A DNA stretch of 64,000 nucleotides from Camelus dromedarius (GCF_036321535.1 NC_087447.1:39248001-39312000), one strand, 5' to 3'. Positions 48,849 through 63,650 are shown, counted from the stretch's first letter. Translations and numbers: made by a program. The notes: generated by a model from the sequence alone, not told the origin.

Positions 48849-50615
48849 CTTAAGAGATTTTCTAAACAGAAAAAAAGACAAAGGAGGAATCTTCCATATA
48901 ATACATAAACATTTGGAGATTCAATTTTTTATGTTTTAAAAATCATATATCCTAATAAATTTCCCACACTATTTTATCGTATGGGTTTACCCATATTTTA
49001 GTATTCTCCTGATATAGAATCTGGAATTTGAGACTGCTGGTCTTTTTTGTGTGCTTATGTTAATATTCTTAAAAGAGTTTAGTTACTAAAAAAAAATTAT
49101 TCACAAACCTTTGACTAAAGTATTTTCTGGACAATGTAACGCTAGGACCATTGTTCATGTTTCATAATATATTTAATATACACTTTATATATTATATTTC
49201 TTTTCTTTGACCTAACAGCTATACTGAAAGCTGATCCAGAGATACCCGATTTTTCTGTGGATTTCTAGAGACAGAAACTAATGAATAAAATTCTAGCTAC
49301 TTCAGAAAAATAAAGAAATTTTGATTTCAGTTGTCATTAACATGTCTAGTTCAGAAGTAAAGAAGTGAAATCGATGAGTTAGATAAAGAAGGATGACTAA
49401 AGGTGATTCTAGAATGGAACCCAGATTCCATCCATAATCCAAAAGGATTCCAGAAATGGATGGGTTAGTTGAAGACTGATGACTGGAATCACAGAAGGCC
49501 GTGATCCTGACTTGGAGAGACAGCCTCTTCAGAGGAAAAGGGATGAGCTGGGGTCAGAGAAGACAGTTCTTTGCCTTCCACTACGTTGGGGAACTGCATC
49601 TTCGTTTACATATCGGTCAAATTAGAGGGCATAATCTCGGCCTCGTAGGTAGAGAGGATTGAATAAGAGCATCCATTTTTCTAAGGATCTGGGATTCCCA
49701 GAGACCACTCATTGCACCCTCTTACTTTACAGATGAGGCATATAAGTCCAGAGTGGTTAAAATAGGCTGGGAACCCAGATGTCCTGCTTGAGTCAGGATT
49801 CTTCAAACACAAAGACTGGGAGCCCAGGCTCTGGAGTCAGAGCGCTGTTATGGAACTGGCTCTGCCAGCTTCTGACACTATGGCCTTGAGCAAGTCGCTT
49901 CCATTCTCTGTCTCAGTTCCCACACCTGTAGACTGGGGACAGTAATTGCGTCTAATTCAAGATTGAACGTGGTAATTAAAAAGTCAGACTAAGTATGTTG
50001 TCTGGCACATTGCAAGCTCTCAGTAACTGTTCCCTATTATTAGCAGTGGTAGTCCACGAAACTCTCTTTGAATGCTTTCAGTGTCCCCGAACCAATTCTT
50101 CTGATTGTCTGTATTTTACACTCAGCATGGATAGTTTACTCATCAACTGGTTGCATCTTTCCTTGAGAGCCTAAATGCTAAGGAATTAAATTTTGGTATT
50201 TCACAGAAAAATAAAATAGGGAGTTGGGGAAGGGGGCCATTGGACCATCACTAGAGGGAGTATTGGCGAATTTTATCTCAGACAATTTCGGGCAGGCAAG
50301 TTCTGCAGCAGGAGAGGGACCTACAAGGACGGGAAGGAGGAGATGGGCGTTCAGGAAAAAGCTGGGTGTGAAGGTGCCGTCCTGATGAAGGAGCACTTGC
50401 AAGAAGTGAGCAAGAAGGCAGTGTGGCACCCTGGTAATAGCTGTCATTTATTGCTCACTTACTGCGTGCTAGGCCCTGTGCCTTATTGTTAGTAATTCTG
50501 TCTCTGGAAAATGGGGGTAATAATAAGTAGAGCTGTTGTGAGTACTTTAAGAAATACTATGTGTCAAATATTTGAACAGTGAGTGCTTGACTCATAATAT
50601 AAAGTTAGTTGTTGC

Positions 50616-50670
<55 letters not shown>
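50616..50670. repeat. (TAT)n trinucleotide microsatellite at a MIR tail
   Basis: Perfect run of about 18 units. Confidence 0.95.
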
Positions 50671-50672
<2 letters not shown>

Positions 50673-52771
50673 ATCCTTGGAAGGCTAAGTAACAGTAACC
50701 ATGGAGCTACTAAGTGGCAGACGTCACCTGCTGTCTGACTGTGAGGCTCTAAATCTGTGAGCTCCCAAGTCAAGCAGAGTCTCCATCCTCCTCCTGCTGC
50801 TCTGGCCCGACCTCTCAGCCTTCCAGTGATGTCCAGGTGGGCTCTGTCGTCACATGGACTTGGACTGGAGCCCTGGCTCTGCCACTCCCTGGCTCTGTGA
50901 TCTGGGTGTCACATCCCGTACTTCTTTGAAGTGGAGGGTCGGACATCTCATAGGGATTTTGTGGAAATTCAGTAAGATTTTCCAAGTAGAATGTTTAGCC
51001 CAATTGGCACATGAAAAGTACTCCATGGGTATTAAGCTATTATTGTAAAGTGGGCTCTTGGGTTCTTCTCAACAAAAGTTCCCAGTTGCTGACATTTCCA
51101 TACTTAACCTTTATTCTGGAATAGTCTGTGACACAAGAAAACCCTTGGAAACCTAGGCTTGGACAGCTCCCTTGCTCTCTTTGTAATATGCCATTTTCTT
51201 AATTCAACAGCGTGTGAAGCAACGTGGCCATCCCTTCCGGCTTCTAAATGCATGGATGGTATCAGTCGGTGATGAAATGTCAGAGCACTTGGATCCAACT
51301 GTCCCGCTGCCGTTTCCTGGCTTTCCCTGGGTGAATGGTAACATTTTCAAATGGATAAAAATCTCCAGGCAACGTTGCTCTCCTCCTCCAGAGCAGATTT
51401 ATTACAGAGTGGTTGGCATTTCCACATGCTCTGCATTTGTCAGTGTCAGATTCGTATGCGTTCTTAGGTCTCTATACATATACAGGCATAATTTAAATCT
51501 CTGGCGAACAAAGGCTATTTTTCTCACTTGGAGATATTCCAAAAGATCTTTGCATTTCATCTATTTTTAAATGTTTGTGCAATTTAAAAGTATGGTAATA
51601 TCAAATGGTACAGGGGAAGGACTGAATATTCAGCTTCCAGCAACTGATCAGGTGCCACGTGTCAGGCACTCTTATATACAATATTCTACTTAACTGTGTG
51701 ATGGGTATGCATTATTTTCAGTCTATAGCAGGGAAAACTGAGGCTCGACAAGATGAGCTTCTTGCTTAAAGTCACACACGCACACACACGGAGGAAGAGG
51801 AGGAGACGTCTCACCAGCTGAGAGTGGTGGGGTGAGACACAGAGCACTTTGATTTCATATTCGCTGTTCCTGCCATTTTATCACAACTGCTTCTGCAGAA
51901 ATAACAATCATTTATTCTTTCATAAACTATTTACAGAGCATTTACTGTGTACCAGGTGCTGTGCTAGGCTGTGGTGACAGAGCACTGGAAAAAATAAGCA
52001 ACCATTCCTGCCTTCAAGGAGCTAACATGCTAGTGGACAGACAACACAAGTCAATTCTGTGACTTGGTGGAAAGTTCACTTCACTGTATGGGATGGCGAT
52101 GGAGGAACAGGTAGAATGCTAGGACGGCTGAGAGCAGTTTCTGTCCCCCCCCCCCCCCCAATCACACCAGCATGAGACATGCTCAGGGTAGGCCTTTGAC
52201 TAAGGTTTGAGAAGAGCGATGGTGCATTAAGCTGTGACAGTTCCAACTGGGCCTCTATTCTCTCCCCTGCAATACTTTGGTTGCTCAGGATTTTGACCAC
52301 ACACATTGCTCCTCTAGAGCAAGCAGAGATAAAGTGGGCTATTGTGAAGCAAGCCATGGAGCAAGGCGTTGTTGGGGCAGTGAAGATGGAGGAGTGGGAG
52401 TTCCAGGATGCCTCCAGCAGGTGCTCAAGAAATAATAGTGGGGCACACTGTGACCTCAAAGACTCCTTTCCCTTAAAATTCTATAGTGGAATAAATGAAA
52501 AAGAACAACTTATCTTTCCACTGCTATTTTCAAAAGCAGTATTGCTAGCTACCATTGATGCAACAATGTCTCTGTGTCAGGCACTGTGCTATGTTCTTTG
52601 TGTGCATTGTCTCATTTAATTAAAAAAAACGAAATTGAGACTCAGAGAAGTTAGTGAATGGAGAAACTGAGATTCAGGCCTGAATCTCTCCAACAACACA
52701 CCAAGCTGCCTCTGTGGTTCCCCAGAAGGCTTTAAGGAGAATTAATTTGTGATTTGCTCTGTGTCTTCTAG

Positions 52772-52921
52772 ATCCTTGTAACTCAAAGTCTGTTCTGTGG
52801 ACCAGCAGCATTGGGAGCTTGTTAGAAATGCAGAGTATCAGGCCCCAACCCAAATCTACTGAATTAGAATTTGTTTTTTAACGAGACTCCTGGGCAGGGT
52901 GAAGTTTAAGAAGCCCTCCTC
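52772..52921. mobile_element. MER5A-type MITE
   Basis: ggaccagcagcattgggagcttgttagaaatgcaga...ctactgaattagaa. Confidence 0.75.
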
Positions 52922-55900
52922 TGTATCTTCTGCAAAAAGATACAACATAAAACACTCTGGAAGATGGTGTGGAGATACTTCTCTCTGACAACAAAAATGA
53001 TCATTTCTAGAATTGAATTGATGGCTATTAAATTGAATCAAGTAGTGAAAGTTTTAAAAACTTGTCTGGATGCCTGTTAAAAAATGGAAATGGAAGCACT
53101 ACCAGGTGATCTAAGAAGTTAGCTAAAGTCCAGGAGGAAGATTTCTGTTTCAAGGATGTTTTCCTAGGCTTTCTAGAAAAGGGGTACTCATTATTAATGA
53201 TGTTTTTCCCCCAGTGGGAATGTCAGATCATATAGACAGCAATTTGGAGGATGAATAGTGTGTGAATATAGGATATGGTATGGTGGATTTGAGCTTTTAT
53301 CTCAGATTTGTCCATCAATTCACTTTATAGTCTTGGGCAAATCATCAAAACCTCTCTATTTACCTGGTCCAGGAACTTCAGCATGAGTGAGTGTTCTTAT
53401 GCCATTATAATGGTAATAAGGGAGGCCTGTTTCAAAGGCAGACAGATTAAGTGGGTTCATATTCTGGAACCTCAAAAATTCATAGGAGTTGGCTAAACTG
53501 TCTTCTGGTCCCTTCCATCAAACAACACCACAATCAATCAAACCATTAAAAAGTATTTACTAGAAAGTTACCATGTGTCTTGGAGTACAAAGCAAGTAAT
53601 GCTCCTGGAGCAAAAGACAGTAATTACGAATCACTTTCCACCTGCTCTGTGTCCCGCAGAAACGAAGCTCAAGGATGAGTGTAAAGATGCGGAGATGACA
53701 GGACGGGGGCGCGGGGGATTAAGTGGGTGGCAGGGAGAGGACTGTGGTTCTTTTCCTGTTTTCCTGTTCACTCCCGGCCTGACCCTTTGTGCCTGGCGTC
53801 CAGAGCAGAGTTTCCAAAGGTAGATGTTGAGCATCTACCCTGAAACACAGCAGAGGTCAGGTACCAATGCTGTGAAGGGAGAGAAAGTAGGGGCTTGGAG
53901 TCCCCTTCACCCTTCTCTCACCTCTCCATTCAGTCCCCGGACTCATCATACCTCAGTGATTCCTTTTTTCCCTGCCCCCCACATTCCATTCATCAGCTCA
54001 AGCCCTCTGTTTTCAGGCCTTCCTAATGTCTGGGATAGATCAGGTCCCTGGTGCCTCAACAACATTTAACGGCTCCTTGTTGGCTTCCAAAGAAAATCCC
54101 ACTGCCTCAGCCTGGCATTTGGGATCCTCCACAACTTGGCTCCACGGTCTTTCTAGCTTCTTGTTTCCCTCCGTTTGTCTCTTCCCAACGTCCAGTCCTG
54201 ACGCTGTGGTCATCGCGTCCACACTGCACACCTAGCTCCACGCCTTTGTCCTGACTGTTCATCCTACTTAGACTGCCCACTATTCTGACCCACTCTCTGA
54301 CTCAGCATCTTCCTTCTCCTGCAAGCAGGTTTACACTTGAAGTCTGTGAAGGCCTTCCTCATTTCTACTTACAACTTTTCAGAGTCTGGTGTTATAACTT
54401 ATGAAAATTTTTTCTCCTTTGTCAGGCTCTGGGAACACAGTAGCCATATCTTAAGCATCTTTGTGTCCTCAGAGGCTAAGTCAGTTCTTTTTAGTTGGAG
54501 AAGATTGTTATACAAAGGCCACAACCCAGGGGATGCTACAGGGTCTACACACTTAGTATGAAGAGGTGCTGGAGGGTCTCTTCATTCTAAGGCAGAATGG
54601 AGCCATCTCTTCAGCTGGGTGATGAAGGAAAGATGAATTAACCTCTCTGTGCCTGCGCTCTCCTTGGTAAAATGGAGGTAATAATGATGTCTGCTTTATA
54701 GGGTCGTTGCAAGGATGTAAATGGCTGTCAGTTCAGGAACATGCAGTTCCCGCTGTCTGAACATTTACCCTTCTGTGGCCTTTACCCTTTCTCCTCCCCA
54801 TGCCCCCTCCCTTTCACCTGACTTCTGCTACTGATTCTTTGGATCCCAACTTTTACGTCACTCTTTCCTGCAAGGCTCCCCAGCTGCTCACGTCCGTGGG
54901 AACTGATGTCTTTCCACCAGACCCTGGCTTTCCTTCATCATGCACTCATCTCACTGTGATGCAATTCCTTGCAGATATGACAATAACTAGAGCAAGAACC
55001 GTAATGTTTACTGAGCTCTTACGGTGCCAGGGTCGACACTAGGTGTTTTTCACCCAGTATTTTATTCAATCTCCACAATGACCTTATGAAAGAAGGTTTT
55101 ATTATTCCCATTTTCCAGGTGAGGAAACAGGATATAATAGATGTAATAAATTGTTCAAGGTCACCCAGTTAGTGAGTTTCAGGACTGGGATTCAAACACA
55201 GTTCTGTCTCACTTGGGGCCCGTGTTCTTAATACTATGCTAAATGCCCCCTACACCAAGGCCTGTCATGCTCCAGCGTATGCTAGAACAAACAAAAGAGC
55301 AGAAACAAAAAGCAAAACCACACTTAAAACCAGTGCTTAGCAAAGGGATAGGCACTGAGTCTCCACCTTTCCTCCTTTCTCCCCCAGGAGGGTCCAGGGG
55401 AGATAAGGGAGGAGCATCAGTCTCTGGTTTGCAGCATGGCTGGGACTGAGCTCATTAGAAACCCACGGAAGTGAATTAAAGAAACATGACTTGTGCCAGC
55501 CTACCTAGCCACATTTTAGGTTCCTGGGGCATATGGGCACCAGCTCATTTAAACAGCATTTTTAACAAAAGCACACAACAGAAATGTTCAACATATGTTA
55601 GAGTAGGTAGAGATTCATGGAATCCTAAATCAATTTGCTTTTTATAGACATTCAGAGAGGGGCAAAATAGTGCGAGCCCTTTTCCCCACCAGGGCGCAGT
55701 GAGGAGCGGCCAGGCTGAGGAGCAGGTGGAGTAGCCCGTAGCAGTGGGGCGGACTGGAGGGTCTCAAGCTCCCAGCCCCCACCCTCTGACGAGCTCCCGG
55801 CCTCCACCGTCTCTCCCACCCACCATCGTTTGAAATATGCCCTTACATGCTCATTCTCTCCAAGGCAGTGCCAACTCTAAGCAACCCTCTCCAGACAGTT

Positions 55901-57714
55901 TTTTTAAACGATGACGTAAGTAATACGTGTTAATTAGAAAATAGGTTTAAAGGGGAAAAAAGTCATCCTTACTCCCACTTTCCTGAAGAAAACATGTGGG
56001 TGTCTATCTTTCCATCTTTTTTTGAGGGGGAGTTGTTGACTATACATGTATTTATATTATAGATATGGTATAATATATACACACATGGATATACATGTGT
56101 ATATATACACACATACATACAATATATATGTTTGTATTTATTCCCTTTACCATATCGTGATTATATTAAATGTTTTATAAGTTGACCTTCATTTAGCACT
56201 ACTATTGTAAGTCAGTAGTATGCATCTGCGTCATCCTTTTTAATAGCTCTGTGGTTTATGGATGAATGGTTTATCACAATTTATTTAACAACCCAGTGTT
56301 GTGGGACATTTGGGTTGCTAGCCAGCTGCTGTTGTCATCAGCACCCCCAGGAACCTCCTCATACACACCACGCTCAGCACCTGTCCCGTCATTGCTTAAA
56401 ACAAATTCCCCAGGCACCCTGTATTAAAGACTACTTACAAATTACCACCGGGTGTTGTAATCACTCTTTTAATAGCCCAGTGTGAATTTGTCCAAAGGTT
56501 CTTTTTTTATAGCAGTTATGAGCCCTGACAGAAAAAGAGGTTTGTTGTGGGGAAGGATGGGTGGGAGTTTAGGAGAAGAGGGGGACAGGAGAAAGAATGT
56601 TTTGGGGGCATAAAGCATCACTAGAGGAAGGTAGGACTTGGTACCATGAAACCACCTGGGAATTCTAGGGTCAGACTAAGGATGTTGAATCAAAATAAAG
56701 AAAAACAAACCTCCCCCTGAAAAAAACAAACCAAACAAAAACCCAGACAGCAGAGATAGGAAGGCTTCAACATTTGCCTCCTTGATCTGCAAGGTTGCCA
56801 ACTCCGGATGCTTGGCTAGGAGTTTTGGTTGTTTTTCAGCTCTGCTTCCCCCATGAGCCATATTCCATATAATTAAGGGCTTTTCACTCACAAACGGCTT
56901 AAGGTATCCTTAGAGTGGCCATACTTGTTGGCCTTTAGGAAAATGTTTTAGCAATTCAAGAGCTACAAAAATATTCATACTATTTGATTCAGTAAGAGTA
57001 CTTCTGGAAATACATCCTAAGGAGCTAACACTAAGGAAAGATAAAGGTAGGTGCGTAAAGATGTTGTTTGCAGAAATACTTAGAGTAACTTTTACTCAAT
57101 GAAAATACTCAACAGTTAAGTAAATTATGGCACAGCTATCTGATAGAGTAGCATGTAGCCATCTGATAATCACTCGCTGTGTGATCTTATTTAACTTTTC
57201 TTATCTAGTAAGTGGGGAATAATAATACCTATTATTACAGGCTTATTGTCAGGATTAAATGAGATAACATTTGAAAAGCACTAGCATGGTGCCCGACACA
57301 TGATAAGATCTGAATAAATGGCAGCTAAGTATACAAAGTATATTTTGCACCTATGAAAACTAGTGTGATATACACAAAAAGCTGTTCACAAAGGCATACA
57401 TGTGCCTGTCAGTCATGGAGAATGCTTGCATCTGGAACTGTGTATCTTCTTTTTGTCTCAATACTTTGTGGCTTCCCAGTTTCAGGACCAGGAGACTCAA
57501 TCATGTCAAAGCCCAGAGATGTCAGGACTTACTGTCTTTACTTTAAATGAGATAAATGAAAGCCTGACGTAGACACTGGAGTGACAATGTATTTACGTAC
57601 TGAGAGAAATAGAAAGATCAGGTAGAACAGAGATACCCATCCCAACACTGTGATGCTTTCCTTCCACAGAGGGAAGGAGCAGAGGAAGTCAAAGCAGAAG
57701 GAGAAGCCACAATA

Positions 57715-58230
57715 TGGGATAAAATTATAGGCAGCACCAAACCCTAATGAGAAAAGCAACCAGATGTCCATCAACGGAATAACAGATAAATAAAATGTGG
57801 TATACACGTACAATGGAATACTACTCAGTGCTCAAAAAGGAATGGAATGCTGATGCATACCACAACACGGGCGAGCCTTGAAAACACTATGCAAAGTGAA
57901 ATAAAACAGACACAAAGGGACAAATACTGTACAGTTCCACTTATATGAGGTACCTAGGACAGGCAAATTCATGGAGATAGAAAGTTGAACAGAGGTTTCC
58001 AGGGCCTGGGAGGAGGAGGGGGCAGGAATGGGGGCTTATTGTTTCTATGTAAGTATGGACTTTCCTTTTGGGGTGATGGTAAACTTCTGGAAACAGATGT
58101 TATAGATGGGTGCACAACGTTATGAATGTACTTAATGCCACTGAATTGTACACTTTAAAAGGGTTAAAATTAAATTTTATGTTATGTATATTTTATTATT
58201 AACCCCACCTCCTCCAAAAAAGAAAAAACT
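57715..58230 (+). mobile_element. L1MB-type LINE 3' UTR
   Basis: aaatgtggtatacacgtacaatggaatactactcag...ccttgaaaacactatgcaaagtgaaa...gtacttaatgccactgaattgtacactt, with an A-rich tail. Confidence 0.8.
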
Positions 58231-58239
58231 TAACAAGAG

Positions 58240-58490
58240 AGCGTAGCACGGTGTTAAGAGCATAGGCTTGGTGCTGGGCTATCTGGGCTCATGTCCTGGC
58301 CCTACCTCTTTACGAGCTATGTGTCACTGGGCAAATTACTTACACTCGTCATTACCCATCTGCAAAATGGGGTCGTCATAATGCCCACTTCCTAGAGTCA
58401 TGATGAGGGTTAAAATGACTGGATCCATGTAAAGTACTTAGTGTTAAAACAGTGCTGGGCACATAGTGTGTTCTATACAATTGTTAGCCA
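58240..58490 (+). mobile_element. MIR SINE (near full length)
   Basis: gtagcacggtgttaagagcataggct...ggcaaattactta...aacagtgctgggcacatagt. Confidence 0.75.
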
Positions 58491-59629
58491 AAACCCCCCA
58501 AAAAGTAACTTCCTTGGTTTCTTATGAGAAATCATTATGATGGGGATCAGAAATACTCAAAGTTGGTGGGACTGGAGTATCATCTTTGTGCGGCAGATCT
58601 ACAGGGAGCATTAAGGTTGCTTGACAAACGTGGAACCAGGAGAAAGGGATTAGAGAAATTGTGTATCTGATGGTTTCCAACTAAGACAGCCTGGTTTTAT
58701 CATACGGATTGTCTTCTAGCAGCACTGGAACCCCTCAAAACCCATTGCCTGTATCTCCCAAGAGGGTGCTGGGCAGTGTCTGGGGCTTGCTTTTGTCACT
58801 GTCCTTTGTCAGCACTTCCAAGATTGACTAGTTCTTTTCCAAGCATATGAACATCCCAGCTCCTTTGGGTGACCTGCCTCTTTCTAACCCCATTCTAACA
58901 TGTATCGTCTTTACAGATTTTGTTCCCTGAGAGACTTCTATTTCTATGGAAGGATACGTGGTAAAAAGACAGCAGACTGATTTATTGGTAGGTGCAGAAT
59001 TGTGGCTGCAATATTTTGAGTTCTGTTACTGGAGCTATGGCGGCTGTAAAAATTTAAAAACAGGTTTAAAATAAATCATTGTTGCCCAGTATTTTCCCAT
59101 TTGTAAGTGCCTTTCAGTTGGGTGCGCCTGATTGTTCGGAGCACAACATGCAGCATGAATGAGACGTGAAAGGGATGCTGGTAGTGCCTCTGGGTCCCGC
59201 ATTCATTCCAGCCGGTAACCCATCTCTGAGGGGTACTGAGGGGCTCGATGTAGTGTCTACATTCATCTGCTTTTACTCTCCAGTAAACAGCTGGTGAACT
59301 TCTGCCTCTGAGTGGCTCATTCTTAGCCTTACACGGCTTAAAGTACGTTCAAAACCAGCAATGCTGTGTACACAGGTATGTCTGCATGTCCACACCCCTC
59401 AGGTCAGGAGCTGCTGCTGCTGCTCTTAGGTTCTGATTCCCAGAGGTGGCTCCACCTGAATGAATGGGTGCCTTTAAATCTTACCTCACCCTAAACAGTG
59501 GCTGGATTGCCCTGGATGCTGTTGGAGTCTGAGATGATCTCTACTTCTTGGACTTGGCTGGAAAGGCGAGAAAGGCAGCAGCCAAGGCTGGGCTTCCCTA
59601 AAGCCAGACTGCCAGTCTTCTATTCGCAT

Positions 59630-60021
59630 CCTTAAATCTAACTGAGCTTGGATGCTCAGGCCAAACTTCTATCTGTGTCTCTGTGTCCGAGGACTTTTTT
59701 TTGCAGGACTTCAGCAGGCTGGAAATACTGGGGAATTAACACTCCCAGGATCAGCCCTCAAGCAAGGATTCTTGCTAATTGGGCAATAAATATCCCAGCC
59801 CCCTCAGCCCTCGGGTGGGATAATTATGAGGCATGTGTTTCATACTGTATTCCGGATTTTTCCTGTGGGATTAAGTTCCATTTGGCCACTGTGGTCATTG
59901 GCTCAATATGCACTCCCAGCTTTCCCACTCCCCGACTAGCGGTCCTGGAACCTCCCAAATACACCCATTGCACTTGAATTCCTGTCTCAAGGTCTGCTTC
60001 TGGGAGAACCCGCAGTAAGAT
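59630..60021 (+). mobile_element. LTR16-like ERVL solo LTR
   Basis: cagccctcgggtgggataattatgaggcatgt...cctcccaaatacacccattgcacttgaattcctgtctcaaggtctgcttctgggagaaccc. Confidence 0.7.
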
Positions 60022-62139
60022 ACATGATGTCAAGAAAAGAACACAGGATTTAAAAGTAGGAAGCCTGGGCTTAGCCCTGGCTCTGTTAATGTCACATGAC
60101 TTTAGGCAGCTGACTTCAATCTCTCTGAGTTATAGTTCCCATGGGAGCATAACACCTACCTCGTCAGTAAAGCCTGAGTGAAAATATGTAAGAGGAGGAC
60201 CTGAACAGGACAAAGGTCTTCAGAGATGCTCCTTGCGTTGCTTTATGTGGCTCTGCCGGTCCCCCTACTGTCTGCGGTGTGCCCTCCCCCAGATCTTCCT
60301 CTACCCACTTCCCATCCTCACTCATACTAATAGCCTGGGTACAACTCACGTGAATCAGCACGGTTACGGAAAACTTCAGGTTTTTAGTACTTTTGTGGCT
60401 AATTCCTACTTTATCATTCTTTCCATCATGATTTTCACTACAAAAATTTTCAAACATAAAGAAAAGTTGAAAGAATAAGCCAATAAACCCTTGGCTTAAA
60501 TTCAACAGTTGTAAACATTTTGCCATCTTTGCATCATCTCTTGCAGCATCTGTCTGTCTACGTATCTCTCTAGCTTGCTATACTATGTGAAATTATTTTC
60601 TAGACACCATGACACTCTGCCCCTAAGGTCTTCAACATACATTTCCCAAGTAGGCCAGTCTCCCACACGCACAGTACCCTTCTGGCACCTAAGCAAATTA
60701 GCCCTAATTCCATAATATCATCTCACATTCTACCTATACTCACATTGCCAACAGTGCCTGGAATGTCTTTGTGGCTTGTTTATTTTTTAGCCAGGATCCA
60801 CCCTAGGTTCACTGCAGAATGCCTTTGCTTAGAAACACCATCCTGGTTCTGATTCTGTGTGTGTGTGTGTGAAGAATGTTATTACGGATGTTCCTGAGAG
60901 TTCTTTCTCACTGAAGTCAGGCTCTCTGGGTGTTGGGTGACAACGGGACAAATCTGAGCCTTGTCTGGATGTGTGATCTTGCCTGGTGGCCTCTGACAGC
61001 AGCAGACGGTTCCAAGCAGGTGGTGCCTGCCAAGGCTGCCTGGCCGTTCATGTCCGGCCTGCACTGACCACCCCTGTGGTTGCCATCAGTGGTCACCTGC
61101 CAGACGCTCATGCATAAGTGCTGTCAGCAGCATTGGCTGTCACTTGGGGGAAGAAGGCATTCTGCCCACTGATCTAATGAGCGATAGATTTTATCCTTTT
61201 GTGGGGGGAAAAATCAAACTACTTGGCAGGTAAAATGCCTATTTAGACAAGTCAGTGTAAGCCGTTATTCTAAATTGGCTAATGTTCTTCTGCCCCTTGT
61301 CTTCACAGAGATGTTGAAATAATGGAGACAAAGGGTGCTGGAGTCTACAGAGCAAGAAAGAGCGAGGACCAGAATAAGAGCAATAAATATTTATCGAATG
61401 AAAAATCAAACCATGCCTTTGTGGGAGGTCATCTATGTGCTATCACTTGCTCATTCTCCACAGCAACATTTTGTGATAAGTACTATTATTTCCTTTTTTA
61501 TAAATTAGAAACCTGGGATTGCTAATTGGCTCGAATTGCATCGCTAGTTAAGTGGCAGAGCCATGCTTTGAACTCTTTTATCTGTCAGATTCAGCATCCG
61601 CGTCCAAGGACCAGAGCCCAGAGCAGCAAGCACTGGGCTCTGCCTGTACCTAAGTTTCTCCAGCCTCTGGTTAACACCTGGCGCTGTACCTAGCACGTTG
61701 TCAGCATTCAGGTAATGTTTGTTGAATCAGTCTCTCCCAACATAGGCAGACAAAAGGTGAATACCAGTCAGATTCTCAGGACCCCCTTTAAATACAGTGA
61801 CTCCTCAGCCCCCACCCAGCCCCTTTTTGTTTGCCTTCTGTGTTGTTGCCTCTGTGTACCTGCCTGCTTTCCCCAAATATTCTCCCCAGCCCAGTTGAGC
61901 ATGGGACAGGAGCTAGGGACGTCAGGGCCGCATGTTGCCACATGAGCTATAGAGTCGCCTGGGCTGTTTCTTCTTCCTCATCTTTCAAATGCAATGAGTC
62001 ACAGAGTCTTGTTCCCCTGCTTGTGACTTCTTTCCAGCTCTGCTGCTCCTTCTTGGTTCTGGCCTCTTCGCCTCTCACCTACCTGGTCACCTGTGTCACC
62101 GGGCTCTCTACCTTCAGGCTCTCTTGGATCAAACCCATT

Positions 62140-63430
62140 TAGCCCACTGCCACAAAGCAGTTTTTCCAAGCACAGCCCCACACTGCTGAAAATCTTCCGT
62201 TGGCTCCCCATCACTTACAGAATAAAATCTGGAGTCTTCAGCCAAAACACATTAGACCCTTGATGATCTGTTCCCTGTCCACCGTTCCATCTCATTACCT
62301 GTCACTCCCTGACTTCCTCCTTAGATAAATATTCCAGGCACACGAGCTGCTTTCAGTTCCCAGCGGGCCATGCCTTCCCACGCCCCCAGGTTTTAGCTCA
62401 TGCTATTTCTCCTGCCTGATAGACCCTTCTCCACAGCCCTGGCTCCAGGCTTCTGCCTTGAACATGCTGATATTGTGAATCACCTCCCCTGGAAGCTTTC
62501 TGTAACCTGGAGAGTTTCTCCCCTTCATCTTCCCAAAACAGAATTAGTGGCTTCTTCCATGTGCTTCCTTAGTGCTTTGTAGAATTACTTACCCCATTGC
62601 ATTTGCCTCTATGTGCGGTTCATTCATTCATTCAGCAAGTGTTTACTGAGAAGCTTTTATAAACCAGGCACTGTCCTAGGGGCTGCAGAAAGAGTGATGG
62701 ACCTAACCACCAGAGTCCCTGCTTTCAAGGAATTTACATTCTTGTATGTGTGTACATGTGTGTGTTGTGTGTACAATATGCAAATAAACAAATGTATCAT
62801 TTGACGTCAGACGAAAGAGAGAACAAAGTGGGTGCTGCTTCAGCTAGCTTGGTCACAAAAGACATTTTTGGCCAAGTAACCTTTGAGCAGAGATTTGGAG
62901 GAAAGAGAGGAATAAGCCAAGACAACGTCTGGGGGAGGAGCGGTGCAGGCAGAGGAAGGGGTGTGCAAATGCCCTGCCCTGCAGCATTTACCGGGGAGGT
63001 CTGAGGACCAGCAGGAAGTAAATGAGACTAGAGAGGAGTGAGTGAGTCAAGGTCAGAGAAGGAGCAGAGGTGAGGGCATAGCATACTGGTCCTTTGGGAA
63101 CAGAGTAAGTCCTCTGGAATTATTCTGCATGAGCAGGGAAGCATTTGATGTATTTTAAGAAAAGGAGTGATATAATCTGCTTTGTTCTTTAAAAGCATCG
63201 GGCTGGCTTCTGTGGTAAAAATATACTGTAGGGACGAAGGTAGAAGCAATTCTCCAGGCAGTAATGATGAACAAGGACCAGGGTGGTAGCAGTGGCAGTA
63301 ATGAAGGGAGGATGGATTTGTGATCTATTTTCAAGGCGCAGCCAGTGGAATTTCCTGACAGTTTGGATGCAGGAGAGAGAGAATTAGTCCTTCAAAGGTG
63401 ACTGCAAGATACTGCATCTTAGCAATTCTC
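62140..63430. mobile_element. Tail-to-tail L2 fragments (sense about 62140-62610, antisense about 62620-63430)
   Basis: ttcattcattcattcagcaagtgtttactgag tail; gtaacctttgagcagagatttggagg; ggaccagggtggtagcagtggcagt. Confidence 0.65.
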
Positions 63431-63455
63431 CCCCATGTCAGTATCTTCTTCTAGA

Positions 63456-63650
63456 TCAGTGGCTCTTAACCGACCCCCCACCCATGCCATTTTTCTTAAA
63501 TTCTGAGTGCTTTTGAGAATCTGGTAAGAGTTACGGGTTTTCTCCCTGAAAAATTCACCATGTGCATATGCATATACTATTTTGTTTATAATTTCAGAGG
63601 GTCATGGGCCCTCTGAATCATACCCATGAAGCCTGGGGTCAGAGTCCCTG
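63456..63650. mobile_element. hAT-Charlie-type MITE
   Basis: tcagtggctcttaacc start; ttttgagaatctg...tataatttcagaggg; subfamily unassigned. Confidence 0.5.

Noticed and set aside
2330..60355. About a dozen scattered CACGTG E-boxes
   Set aside because: They are isolated and several lie in repeats (MLT, MIR, MER33). Only the one at 5875 has supporting context.
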